Source: Octopus vulgaris (Eukaryota). From it: DNA of 64,000 nt. Within the stretch, counting starts at the first letter, position 1; each line of letters begins with the position of its first letter. The DNA lies in contig OX597815.1 in the NCBI GenBank assembly GCA_951406725.2, positions 134,726,001 to 134,790,000 of the forward strand, written 5' to 3'. Below are positions 40,777 to 54,032 of this stretch, in pieces. The notes under the pieces were generated by a model, which ran no database searches, was not told the origin of the DNA, and saw only the letters and a program-made list of their open reading frames with translations. A program made the translations under genes and the position numbers.

Positions 40777-41106
40777 ATGGAAATAGAAAAGAGTGAGAAA
40801 TACCAGCCACTGCGGGACAAGATAGGAAAGTTATGTGACATGAGGAAAGTAATGGCGATACCGGTGGTAATTGGAGCATGAGGAGAAGTTTCCAAGAGCT
40901 TTGAAAAACATATCAAGAATATTGGAGCTGCTGCCAGGCTCGAAGTGATCCAGAGGACTGCATTGTTCGGTACAGCTCGCATTTTAAGGAGAGTATTGTC
41001 TCTTTGAGTCACAGGAGAAGGCACTACTTGAAACCTTTGTTGATTTGTTATTGCCTGCTTTCAAGTAGAGAACAACCGGTAATTAAGAACTATCCGAGAG
41101 TATTTC
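40777..41106 (+). mobile_element. R4/Dong-like LINE 3' end inside (AAT)n
   Basis: EKSEKYQPLRDKIGKL...IPVVIGA*GEV...IQRTALFGTARILRRVLSL*, with AAT arrays on both sides. Confidence 0.85.
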
Positions 41107-41144
41107 ATAATAATAATAACAATAATAACAACAACAACAACAAC

Positions 41145-41195
<51 letters not shown>

Positions 41196-41196
<1 letters not shown>

Positions 41197-41601
41197 TGAC
41201 CTTACCCACTTGAGCATGTCCCTTAGTGGCTGACGATATGTGCATCTCTGATCACGAGCAGAAGTAGTGGGGGAGCATCATAGCCATGTGTTGAGAGGGA
41301 TTCTTTGGGGTTTGAATAATTCACCTCTGGAAACATGGGTGGTTCTTTCAACATCCTTAAACAACCCTTATTCAGGGACCTTTTGAGCGGGATGGGCTAC
41401 TCAACCTGAAGAAAATTCTAACTGGGCCCCACCTGCAAGGTCATGTGCTGTTTATCTTGATATGAGATCACCATGTCGCGCATATATGGTTGTGATGCAT
41501 GTGCCTGGTGTACCCTTATCAGATGGGTAGTCATGATGGGTATATTGGGCTTCGTATATTTTACTCCAGTGTCACTTTGATGGCATGAACTGCTCTCACT
41601 C

Positions 41602-41602
<1 letters not shown>
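41196..41602 (+). mobile_element. Non-coding repeat ending in (AAT)n, probable Dong-type 3' UTR or dependent element; second copy at about 43020-43488
   Basis: About 370 bp colinear with 43130-43488 (GATATGTGCATCTCTGATCACGA.CAGAAGTAGTGGGG...CTCTCTCAC). Confidence 0.7.
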
Positions 41603-41679
<77 letters not shown>

Positions 41680-41680
<1 letters not shown>

Positions 41681-41845
41681 TTAATAATCAAGGTCTGGGA
41701 AAAATACCTGCTTACTGATAGACATTGCAGTCCCTTCTGATCAAAATATTGTCAAAAAAAAAATAAACAAGTGGAGAAATTGTTAAAGACCTCGAAATTG
41801 AAGTATTCAAGATGTGGGGGCATGAGAGTAAAGACAATATCAACA
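41680..41845 (+). mobile_element. R4/Dong-like endonuclease fragment
   Basis: IDIAVPSDQNIVKK...KDLEIEVFKMWG directly after an (AAT)n tract. Confidence 0.7.
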
Positions 41846-42735
41846 AGAGAGCCCTCAGAGAGCGCAAAATTCCGCCAAGGCAACACCAATGTCCTCTGAA
41901 ATAAACTCGACTGCTCTCACAAACGAGAATACTAAAAATGAACCCAACAGCTCTCAAAAATTATGTAAAAAGAACAAAAAATATTCCAGAATCCTTGTCT
42001 GGTACCTGATCGATCACAATGGTAGTCATGGAATGTGAAGGTGGGTGTGCGGGCCGTGTTTGTAATGCTTTGTGTGTGTCGTCTGCGGTGTGAACAGGGA
42101 CAGTTTTCTCTATGAAGGCCTTTTTTAGTCTATCCACTAATATAGTATTTTTACGACCATTAGGTCTATAGTGAAGAATTTATCCGTGCCTGAAAGAAAA
42201 CGGAAAGGAACTGCATACGATGCTGTTAAGGGAGGTTTAGAAACATCGTTGCGCACAAAAACGTGAATCCAAGAAGTAAAGCTTCCTTAAAGGCAGAGCA
42301 AAAAATGCAATTTCCAAATAGGTAAGAGGTTTTAAACAGGAGCGATATATTCAAAATTAGTAAAACTAAAAATTGTCGGGGATAAATTAAATTTATTATT
42401 GTTACTGATTATGTTAACATTATTTAATTTCTGAACGGTTTTGCTGCCGTTTGTTTACGCAGTTTGATTTCTTTATCCATCAGTTTCTATTAAGATAGAG
42501 ACGCGAATAAAATTAATAATAGAGAAATGAGAATAAAACTTTAGAACGCCGCCATAATTTACGTGGAAACCACGAGCGTGCTGTCAAGGGATATCATCAG
42601 AGATCGTAATACTTCATATAAAGTAAAGTAAATATGACAAATACTCTAGAATCCTTGTCCGGTACCGGATCGATCACAAAATCTAATCAGTTCGTGCCAG
42701 TCACAAGGACAAACATCAGTGAAAGTTTCAGCTAG
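41846..42735 (-). mobile_element. DINE-1/Helentron-type element, second copy, interrupted by about 620 bp
   Basis: 41846-42020 and 42648-42730 are reverse-complement matches to 50481-50847. AGAATCCTTGTC.GGTACC.GATCGATCACAA is duplicated around the insert. Confidence 0.75.
42021..42320 (-). mobile_element. Gypsy integrase C-terminal (GPY/F) fragment
   Basis: WIHVFVRNDVSKPPLTASYAVPFRFLSGTDKFFTID..GRKNTILVDRLKKAF resembles HVFVR.D....PL...Y.GPF.V..R.DK.F.I...G....VS.DRLKPA. Confidence 0.8.
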
Positions 42736-43489
42736 ATAACCAACGCATCACACACTCAACACATAATACAAGCAGCACCACACCTTAAGAAAAAACTAAC
42801 ACATTACAATACCGGGAAGAGTTTGTGCACTCCCCAAAACAGAAAAACACACAATGCTGCACACAATTCAGCAACACGGTGGTGTAGCAGAAATTTGCCT
42901 CAACTACTAAATGCTGAACGATTATAAAATAGTAATAACTGATGCAATACCGCGCATTGGCTCTCATAGCTTCTGAATGTCCTAATGCAATACCAGGCAC
43001 TGACTCACAGGTCTTCTGATCTTAAATAATTAGAAGTGTGATCATGTACATTGTTTTGTCTTAGTATAAAAGATGGGCTACAGCAAATATCCTGCTCAAT
43101 ACCACAGATTTGCATGAACCTTGGTGGGTGATGATATGTGCATCTCTGATCACGAACAGAAGTAGTGGGGGAGTATCATAGCTATGTCTTGAGAGGAATT
43201 TTTGGGGGTTTGAGTAATTCACCTTTGGAAACATGAGTGTTTCGTTCAACATTCTTAAATAACCCTTATTCAGGGACCATTTGAGCAGGATGGGCTACTC
43301 GACCTGAAGAAAATTCTAATATGGGCCCCGCTGCAAGGTCATGCGCTGTTTGTCTCCATGTCGCGCACATATGGTTGTGATGCATGTGCCTGTTGTACTC
43401 TTATCAGACGGGTAGTGATGATGGGTATATTGAGTTTCGTAAATTTGTACCCCAGTGTCACCTTGATGGTATGCGTTACTCTCTCACAA

Positions 43490-43790
43490 TATATTGTGGG
43501 TGCCCTAGGCATGATAAGAAAGGGATGTCAAAAACAACTAGATAATATCCCAAGAGAACCATGTTTCAGAGAAATCCAAAAGATTGTGCTGACATGTACT
43601 GCCCACATTCTTAGAAAAATCCTATCAATTTAGATGTCCGTGTTGTATTACATGAAGATATTTCGCTATTGCACCTGCCACTTCGCCTCTCCAAGCTTTC
43701 AGTTATACTGTAACATCTCTTATCCTTCACTCGCCCTAGGACGATGGGTGTCTCGGCAAGTGATTGTAAGAAATCTGCAGATTAAAAGTA
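43490..43790 (+). mobile_element. R4/Dong-like LINE 3' end
   Basis: IVGALGMIRKGCQKQLDNIPREPCFREIQKIVLTCTAHILRKILSI* plus UTR. Confidence 0.85.
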
Positions 43791-43791
43791 A

Positions 43792-44912
43792 ACGATGAGG
43801 AGCTAAAGGAGATGGACAGGAAGTCAAGAAAGCCCCTAACGGTGTATGGAGTCCATCATCCACGTACAAACACTGATCGCTTATACATGAAGAGAACAAA
43901 TGGAGGAAGGGTACTCATAAGTGTGGAAGACTGCGTGCGTATCGAATTCGAGAGCTTGATGAGATACCTAGCCCAAAGTTAGGAAGCCTTGTTAGTGACA
44001 GTTAGGAACGAGGGAATATTGAGAGCAGAGAAAAAAGGGAAAGTAAAGGAAGAAGTACAAAAAGGACCTGAAGAAGAATTACGCAAGAAAGGACTATACA
44101 ATCAATTCCATGTAGCCACAGCAGAAGTTGCTGGAAAATTAGGTGGGGCTGGCTGATGAAAGGAACAATAAAAAAGAGACCGAGAGCACTATACTGGCAG
44201 TACAAGACCAAGCTTTGGCCACGAACTGGAGGGGCAACCTTCGGAATGAGCAAGTATCTCCGCTGAGCGGCATTTGCAATAGAGTGGATGAAATCGTTGC
44301 CGATATCACGAACGAATGCCTTAGACTTGGCCAAAACCACTACAAGTCGTGGCGACACGACCATGTAGTGAAAGTGCTACATTAGAAATTGTGCGAAAAG
44401 TGGGGGGCCAGAGGGGGACAAGACGTGGTATGAGTATAAACCGCAGAAAGTAGCGGAGTCGGAGACTAGCAAAATCCTCTGGAATTTCCCTATCCAAACA
44501 GATCAGGTGCTAGATCATGCCAGACCGGACCTAATGGTGGTCCACAAGGTACACCATATATGCTATGTTGTTGATGTTGCATGCCCCTTTAACCTACGAA
44601 TAGTCAAGAAAGAAGGCGTAAAGTTAGATAGATACAACCCTCTTAAATAAGCCGGTTACGGAAAATGAAGAAGGTGAAGATAGTGCCAATTATTTTTGGG
44701 TCCTTGGGAACAGTATCAGAAGGCATCAAGAGGAATATAAAGGAATTTAGAATAAAGTACTCAGTAGAACTGTTACAAGAGGTTTGCCTCCTGGGCACGG
44801 CCAGAATAATCAGGAAAGTATTAGCTGAAAAGAACGAATAGCATGATACCGTAGGCATACCGTTACGCATACAAGGCTCCAGGAGCTTCAACAAAACCTG
44901 TGATGAAGAGAA
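43792..44912 (+). mobile_element. R4/Dong-like LINE 3' 1.1 kb (thumb, degenerate zinc knuckle, REL endonuclease)
   Basis: DRLYMKRTNGGRVLISVED, ETESTILAVQDQAL, RHDHVVKVLH, KILWNFPIQTD..LDHARPDL..VDVACP and CLLGTARIIRKVL, with stops and frameshifts. Confidence 0.9.
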
Positions 44913-44936
44913 AATAGCAGCAACAACAACAAAAAC

Positions 44937-45759
<823 letters not shown>

Positions 45760-45769
45760 CCTTACTGTA

Positions 45770-45960
45770 GGCACAAGCCTGAAATTTAGGGGAAGGGATT
45801 AAGTCGATTACATCGACCTCAGTGACATTTATTTAATCGAAACCGAAAGGATGAAAAGCAAAGTCGATCTCGTCGAAATTTGAAATCAGAACGTAACAAC
45901 GGACGAAATGCCGCTAATCAATTTTCCAGCGCAGTAACGATTTCTACCAGCTTAGCGCCC
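45770..45960 (-). mobile_element. SINE family A inside (AAT)n
   Basis: CCGAAAGGATGAAAAGCAAAGTCGA core, with head near 45960. Confidence 0.75.
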
Positions 45961-46026
<66 letters not shown>

Positions 46027-46246
46027 TAATAATAATATTATTTTTATTTTTATTTTTTTATTTTATTTTATTTTATTTTATTTATTTTTTTTTAGACATT
46101 CATTAGTACAACACCAAAAACTCCCCCCCCCCAAATATATGGCACACTAGGCATAACAACAACATGAACTGCCAACCTGTTGTCTCTTGAGGTCTCTGGG
46201 TGAGACTTGGAGCCAACTTGTACAAATATAAAGCAAAAGTCAAACA

Positions 46247-46308
<62 letters not shown>

Positions 46309-47144
46309 GCAACAACAACAACAACACCAACAACAATAATAATAATGATAATAATAGCAATAACAACAATAATAATAATAATAATAATAATAGCAACAAC
46401 AACAACAACACCAACAATAACATTGTCGAAACAAATCTACTGCTCAATGGCTGGAACAAGTCAAAGGATTCAAATAAAGAAAACCAACACCCAAAAACAA
46501 AGACCATATAATACAATAATGTCTAAAAATGATTTTAGTTTAGAATTATCATCAAAGATATACTCATCCAATATGGAATATAAGACCATGACTTCTTGTT
46601 AGTACATCAAAACGCTCTCTGAACGGAACCTTAATTTTGTTTGTCCTTCTCTGTATTAAGTAAATTTCATGGACCGCAAATTTGTGTAGACAGTTCACTA
46701 ACAAAAGTTTCATAGCTATTCGTCTGAATAATCGAACCTGGTAAAATACTGTTTTTGATCAAATTTAATGAAATATTCTTTGAAGGAAGATGAATTGATT
46801 TTATTTGTGATACGCACGAATATATTTCAATTTATATTGATACATCTGACTATCAGCTGTTTGTTGTTTTTGCATATTTTTTTATGGAGTTCTGCAGACG
46901 TTAAACTTTTGACAACATATGCGAGATTCCTCGTTGTATCACAGCTCCTTATCCTCCTACAGATTTTGTGTAACGGATTTAAAGGGAATCTTTACATGAT
47001 AGTAGAGGCACATGGCTTAGTATTTAGGGGTGTTGAACTCATGATCGAAAGATTGTAGTTTCGATACCTGGATCGGGTGACGTGTTGTGTTCTGGAGCAA
47101 AATAACATATACACACACATATACATACATATATACATATATAT

Positions 47145-47301
47145 GACGGGTTTCTTTCAGTTTCTGTCTACCAAATCCACTCACAAGGCATGGTTGGCCC
47201 GAAGCTATAGTAGAAGACACTTGCCCAAGGTGCCGCGCTGTGGGACTGAACCCAGAACCATGTGGTTGGTGAACAAGCTACTTACCACACGGCCACTCCT
47301 T
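47145..47301 (-). mobile_element. SINE family B 5' half
   Basis: Matches 23511-23668. Preceded by a SINE C head at 47003-47102. Confidence 0.85.
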
Positions 47302-47341
47302 TGGAGTTACATGTATTATTCAAAACAGTATGATCCGGATT

Positions 47342-47391
47342 CCAGCTACTTCAAGTTTCGAAGGTCCTAAAATGGCCTCTCCTCAGGCCGG
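47342..47391 (-). ncRNA. Type I hammerhead ribozyme with intact core
   Basis: CCGGC-CTGAGGA-GAGG-CCATTTTAGGAC-CTTC-GAAA-CTT-G-AAG-TA-GCTGG. 5-bp stem I, 4-bp stem II, stem III ACTT/AAGT, GUA site. Confidence 0.82.
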
Positions 47392-47473
47392 TGGAAATTC
47401 GATTCGAATGAACGGGGAGGTGCACAATGTCCAAGATGGCTACCATTGGAAGGGCTTTTATATATATTCAATC

Positions 47474-47537
47474 ATAGCCTCGAGGCGACCAAAGCCTTGT
47501 GAGTGGATTTGGTAGACGGAAACTGATAGAAGCCCGT

Positions 47538-47585
<48 letters not shown>

Positions 47586-47893
47586 CACATATATATACAC
47601 ATATACACACATACACACACATACACACACACACACACACGCACACACATATATAACACGTATATATCTACGGGTGTGTGTGTCTTGTGTTTGTGTTTGT
47701 CACTCCCATCACCACTTGACAACCGTTGTTGGTGAGTTTACCACCCGGTAACTTAGCGGTTTGGCAAAGATACCAATAGAATAAGTACTAGGCTTTAAAA
47801 TATGTCTTAGGGTCGAATTGTTCAATAAAAACACTTCAAGGCGTTGCTCCAGCATGGACGCAGTCAAATGACTGAAACGAGTAAAAGAAAAAA
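47474..47893 (+). mobile_element. SINE family B lacking head
   Basis: CGACCAAAGCCTTGTGAGTGGATTTGGTAGACGGAAACTG, internal microsatellite, ...GACTGAAACGAGTAAAAGA tail. Confidence 0.85.
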
Positions 47894-48269
47894 GAATGGT
47901 TGTCCACTCGTGACCGGGGAAGACCATCGCTGACCAATTGCCTATGCAGAATGTTAACAATACCCATGCATGAAGTTATTGCACTCACAGCCAGCTTCAC
48001 CGGGGTTCGCTCAACCTAAAACTTTATATTCAATTAGGCTTACGCAGTACCTCACCCTACTGACACGATCCAGAGACAAATCAGAGCAAGATATTTACTT
48101 CCAATAAGAAGTGCCCCACTGAAGTCCTCTACCAGCATGCTGGACATGAACTAAGTATTTCTGTGGGCAAGTGTTATTGCTAGATAGTCTTTGCACCTAG
48201 GATAGCGCAATTCATATTTTTGACGGGTTTTTCTTTTAGTCCTGCTGGATTTCTAGCAATATATGTATT

Positions 48270-48545
48270 GCACTCACGACCGCGAGATCCTGGTTTCAAT
48301 TCCTAGACCAGGTGGTGCGTTGTGTTCTTGAGCAAAACATTTCATCTCACGTTGCTCTGCGATCACTTCGATACCTGATGTGTGATGTGTGGTATACTGT
48401 GTACCTGTTCAGGCAACGTTGATTTGATGGAAACAGTGAGCTAATGCGCGGCACTAACATCTGACCGATATAAAAGAAATCATTTGTGCAGGTCGTTCGG
48501 CAATAGCTGAACGGTCATAGGTCGTCTTCGACAAAGTAGTCCAAC
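48270..48545 (+). mobile_element. SINE with family C head and a different body
   Basis: GGTTTCAATTCCTAGACCAGG..GCGTTGTGTTCTTGAGCAAAACA.TT.AT.TCACGTTGCTC is shared with SINE C, then the sequence diverges. Confidence 0.65.
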
Positions 48546-49159
48546 ACACACACACATAGATGTGTGTGTATATGGTAGGTGGTCCATCATTATGATATTC
48601 GTGCTAAATTTGATGGCTTACATGGTGGCTTACTTTAGTATAGCAATTATAGCATTTGAGTGGTTAGATTCCCGTAGGCTATCTAGTCCACATTTCCCGT
48701 CTCATGCAATATTTCTAAATGTAGTTAAATCTGGACCATACATCATGTTCCATTCACACTCTGGGATCATTTCAGTCAGTAGAGAAGATCATAAAAAATC
48801 TTTCGGCAGGGGTTTAAGATTTGTTGTGATTGTGAATGTACTTCAAAATTAACCGTTTTTATTATACACACACACACACACACATAGACATACATATCTG
48901 AATATTAGAAAGTTTGGCAGTCTGCTTAGGCTATGTGACATTATTTTGAAATTGCATATGTAATTTGAATGGTTTCTAATTCAAATTCTCATTACTTATC
49001 TTTTCGGCCGATGAAGCCCTGCTGCAGTAGATTCGCAGTAACAACACAATGAGTCCCTGTATGATATGTATAGATGTATACACACACACACACACATATA
49101 TATATAATATATTTATATATATATATATATATTTATACACACATGTGTATATACATAAA

Positions 49160-49219
<60 letters not shown>

Positions 49220-49321
49220 CATATATGTATTTATTTCATTTAGTACACACACACATACACACACATACACACACACACACACACGCACGCACACACACAT
49301 ATATATATATATATATATAAT

Positions 49322-49652
49322 AAAAGGCAGGCAACAGGTTGCTTAGTCACATACCGAAAAAAAATTAGAAATAGACTGTTTATTTCTATTTTCTACAAAT
49401 AAGATTCCACATACGATATATCCCTGTAATTCACATATGCAAAACAGAAGGAAGAAATAACGAAAACAAAGTCTAACAGTTATTTACGGACGCATTTCTG
49501 GATTAGGAATATAATAAAATATCAATTCCATATCCTTCGTCAGAGATATGTCGTAAGTGGAGTCTTATTTGTAGAAAATAGAAATAAACAGTCTTTGAGT
49601 GTTATTTCTAATTTTTTCGGTATGTGGCTAAGCAACTTGTTGCCTGCCTTTT
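49322..49652 (-). mobile_element. pLTR-like module with an inverted partial copy, between TA-rich tracts
   Basis: 49322-49426 is an inverted copy of 49541-49652 (one ~9-bp indel, few substitutions). The spacer holds the rest of a hammerhead. Confidence 0.85.
49484..49556 (-). ncRNA. Hammerhead motif with extended stem II and bulged stem I
   Basis: TTACG-ACATATCT-CTGACGA-A-GGAT-AT-GGAAT...ATTCC-TA-ATCC-A-GAAA-TGCG-TC-CGTAA. GUC site; TTACG/CGTAA pairing is offset by 8 nt. Confidence 0.7.
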
Positions 49653-49787
49653 TTTTTTATCTATATACAAAATATATATTGAACTTTTATAGAAGTTCCT
49701 ACCGTTAATGGTTATATTTACATGCCGAAATCTACCAGTAAATAATTGTTAGTATTTTAAAAAACCATTAAAGCTATTGTTTACTCT

Positions 49788-49849
<62 letters not shown>

Positions 49850-50480
49850 TTTGATACTTTGATACTTTGATAGGTATATATATATATCAAGAGTGCTGTT
49901 CAGTTAATCTACATACTGTATTAAGTTAAATAGCATTGAAGCCAGTACATTGTCCTCTCTAGTAATTTTTTCTGCTTGAAAATGCATGTTGATGATTTTT
50001 GTGCAATAAGTATACATAATTATAAATAAATAGAGGTAAATAAATAGTTAAACGCATATTTAGATAGATTGGGTAGCTAGATAAATAGTTTCATGGATAA
50101 ATAATCATAAAGACAGCTAGACAAATAAAAGATATTGAGAGGCAAACATTTACAGGCAGGCATGAGAGATATCCAAACACATAAATTCCGTGAATGACAG
50201 GATAATCTGTTTTTTTTTATCCCGTGAGAGAATTAAAAAAAAACGGAATCGCATGAGCGGTGTATTGTGCGTACAACATTGTCAGACTTGGAATATCACA
50301 ACAATTATTGCAGAAAAAATAAAAAAGAGACTTCAAGATTATTGAAAGAGGAAGCGTCGATAGCTCAAAGGTGTATTTCGCACTCATTTTTTTTTTTGCT
50401 ACTGAAGTATAAAACTCAATGTATATACATCGACTTTTATAAATGTGTAAGTTGTTATAAATCTGTATGAGTGCATTCTG

Positions 50481-50847
50481 TTATTACCTCCGCCTTAGCG
50501 GAGGCGGACATATTGCTTTCAGTCGCGTTTGTTTGTTTATTTGTCCGTGGACAAGATATCTCAAGAACCGCTGGTTGGATTCGGATGAAACTTTCAGGGA
50601 TGTTTAGCCTCATAACTGTCATGAACTGATTGGATTTACGGATCGATCCGGTACCAGACAATGATTCTGGATTATTTTCCTTTTTTTTTCACTTAGTTTT
50701 TGAGAGCGGTCGGGTTCATTTTTAGTCTTCTCGTTTGTGAGTGTAGTCGAGTCAGATATTCTCATTTAAAAAAATTTCTCTAGCTAGTCGTTGAAAGGAT
50801 GTTGGTGTTGCTTTGGCGGAGGTTTGCGCTCTCTGAGTGCTCTTGTT
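50481..50847 (+). mobile_element. DINE-1/HINE-type non-autonomous Helentron
   Basis: Subterminal IRs ACCTCCGCC (50486-50494) / GGCGGAGGT (50815-50823), 5' partial IR CGGAGG, GTTT microsatellite, 3' stem-loop GCGCTC-TCT-GAGTGC, TT at both ends. Confidence 0.85.
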
Positions 50848-51169
50848 TATCATTATTATTAAGGTGGAGAACTGGCAGAATCGTTAGCAGCATATCGTCT
50901 GTCTTTATGTTCTGAGGACATCTATACAGTTTCTGTCTATCCATTTCCAGTCACGAGATGTAATCGACCTGCGCCATAGAAAATGAAATTTGCCGAAGAT
51001 GACATGCAGTGCGATTGTTGTTTGTACCTTATGATTGCAACGTGAACCTCTTAAACAATCTGATCATACTACGTTAACACACACACACTCATAAACACAC
51101 ACATTTATATATATATTTACAACTCTCACTCAATGTCAAAACAAGGAGACAGAAGCATACACGGAGTCA

Positions 51170-51211
<42 letters not shown>

Positions 51212-51309
51212 TGTGTGTGTGTTTGTGTTTTTGTATATAAAAGTTAATGCACACAGTATTTAAATTAGAACTACTAGTATTAGAAGATCGAATTTTGTGA
51301 GAATAGAGT

Positions 51310-51670
51310 GTTCAACAAACAAATAGATATTGTCGATATGTTCACATTGCATTCAATGCTCAGATTTAGGATTTTGTTGGTTAGTGGAGTTCTTAGGTCT
51401 GAAAATGATACGACATGTTTTGGCTAAACAAAGCCTGCATCTCTTTTATCCATTAACCTATGGCATGGATCGTCCCACAATACTCCACTTGATGATGTAT
51501 GATATGTAGTTGGCCGTTAGATTCCAGATATGATCAGCTAACTTTGTGGCTTTCTTCTTATCCACAGCATACTTTTTGCTTTTTAAATTACTTTTGAAAA
51601 TATCAATATACTTTTTCTTTTGAGTATCTTCATTATGGAGCACTGCGGTGATTTCAGCTTCATTAGCCAC
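51310..51670 (-). mobile_element. Penelope-like (Neptune-type) GIY-YIG C-terminal relic
   Basis: KKKYIDI...ATKLADHIWNL...YIIKWSIVGRSMP*VNG*KRCRLCL resembles T.LS.YIW.LK....Y.IKW.I......Y..G.KRC.LCL. Confidence 0.8.
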
Positions 51671-52000
51671 TGAGCTGATCTTGCATGCCTGGTCGAGTGG
51701 GTAAGTTTCTGGGTCCCGATAGTTTCATCTTAGAGTGGGCGCTTGATGTGACTTGCGAGTAATAATATTTTTCATATTTGGAACAGTAGCTATTTGAAAC
51801 TTTGTTGATTCGGGGGTTATACAAGGAAACACTTGACGAAGGTGTCACACAGTGGGACTGAACCCGGAAACATGTGGTTGAGAAGTAAACCTCTTACCTC
51901 ATAGCCACGCCTATATATATTCTTAAATCAATCCAGATGCATAGAGCTTTTTTGTTGTATGATTTCAGCTGGTCGCAATGCTGGGTCTCTATTATATTCA

Positions 52001-52205
52001 GTTACTCTTTTTTACTTGTTTCAGTCATTTGAATGTGGCCATGTTGGAGCACCGCCTTTAGTCGAGCATATCGATCCCAGTACTTATTCTATCGTTCTCT
52101 TTTGCCGAACCGCCAAGTTACGAGGACGTAAACACACCAGTATCGGTTGTCAAGCGATGTTGGGGGGACAAACAGACACACAAACACACACACATACATA
52201 CACAC

Positions 52206-52248
<43 letters not shown>

Positions 52249-52946
52249 ATATATATATATATGTTTGTACTGTCGTTACGTCTTGTTTTACCCTCTGAAA
52301 AGATCTCAAATTTAATTGATTTGCTTTCGCAGGAAGGAAATTCAGTAACCTCTTATCCTTCGAAACGTTAGTGAATTTAGCACGAGAGATATTTTATCTC
52401 TCTTTTTTGCCTGTCTTGTTCTGGTTTGTGTCTATGTTTTCGTCTCTCTATTTTCGACGTCTTTTGTGTCCTGTAAATATATGCGTGTATATGTATGTGT
52501 GGTACACACACATTAAGTAAGTGTTCTTTTTCAGTTGCCTTGATACATTCCCGTCGTCCATCGCACGTACTCGTCGTAACTGCTATCGTCTTCCCCGCCT
52601 CTAAGGCATGGCGACATCTTCCCTCATCGTCCACTATATCAGCGTTTGCACACACATCTTGTTCTTTGTCCTGTCTCACTGTTACACACACACACACAAA
52701 TTTTAATTGATTTCTTTCGCAGGAAGTCATTCAGTATACGTCTCGCTTTTATCTTAAACGTTTAGTGATGCTTAGCGACTGAAGAAGATTGTTGTGCTTA
52801 TTGTCTGTATCTCTCTTTTTTTTGCCTGTCTTGTTCCTTGGTTTGTTTATGTTTTCGTCTCTATGTGTTGACGTCTTTTTGTCCACACATATATGTATAT
52901 GTACATGTAGAGGTAGGTACGTACATATGTTAATGCATATTTTATT

Positions 52947-52997
<51 letters not shown>

Positions 52998-53142
52998 GAC
53001 GGGCTTCTTTCAGTTTCCGTCTACCAAATCCACTCTCAAGGCCCGAGGCTATAGTAGAAGACACTCGCCCAAGGTGCCACGAAGTGGGACTGAATCCGGA
53101 ACCATGTGGTTCGTAAGCAAGCTACTTACCACACAGCCACTC
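52001..53142 (-). mobile_element. SINE family B split by an insertion in its internal microsatellite
   Basis: The 3' half (52001-52175) and 5' half (52997-53142) are in correct order and strand, separated by a non-SINE insert. Confidence 0.75.
52263..52890 (+). mobile_element. Partial tandem pLTR-like unit with a decayed hammerhead
   Basis: 52308-52472 and 52698-52885 are diverged direct repeats. CTGAAAA (52295) ... CGAAACGTTA (52361-52370) with palindromic AACGTT. Confidence 0.55.
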
Positions 53143-54001
53143 TTCTCACCGATATTTGAGGTCAAAACGCCAAAAGCTACAACAGTCGCCTAACAATATT
53201 TCGCTATTCTAGAGCTCTCGCCTAGAACATTATTAACCTCGAAAGTGTGAAAGGATGAATTCAGAGTGGTATGTGTGTGTGTGTGTGTGCGTGCGCGTCT
53301 GTATCTGTGTGTGCGTATACATATATATATGTAAGCATGTACGTATGTGTGTCTGTGTGTGTGAATAATTTATATAGGTATGTATGCGTGTATGCGTGTA
53401 TGTATGTATATATGTATATATGTATGTAATGTAAAATATATATTTGAATTAGAGCTTGTTATTAACAACAACTCACAATGAATACAGAAGGAAAATGTAA
53501 GTGTTCGTTGTGAGCTATATTCGAAATGATATTATTATGGAGCAACATTGGCGTAGTCTACAAGAACATAGTTGAAATACGCATCCAAAACTTATATAAA
53601 TACATATATTCTCTGTAAAATGGAAGTAAAATTCCAAAATACATAAATATATATAAATAGACAATGTCGATGAAATGCATAAAATACGATTGAATTTAAA
53701 TAAAAACGATTGAATTTAAGAAAATATCATTTGTATGTATGTATGTATGTATGTATGTATGTATGTATGTATGTATGTATGTATGTATGTATGCATGTGT
53801 GTGTGTATGTATGTATGTATATATGTATGTATGTATGCATGCATGTATGTATGCATGCATGTATGTATGTATGTGTGTGTGTCTATGTATGTATGTATGT
53901 ATGTATGTATGTATGTATGTGTGTGTGTATGTATGTATGTATGTATGTATATATGTATGTATATATGCATGCATGTATGTATGCATGCATGTATGTATGT
54001 A

Positions 54002-54032
<31 letters not shown>

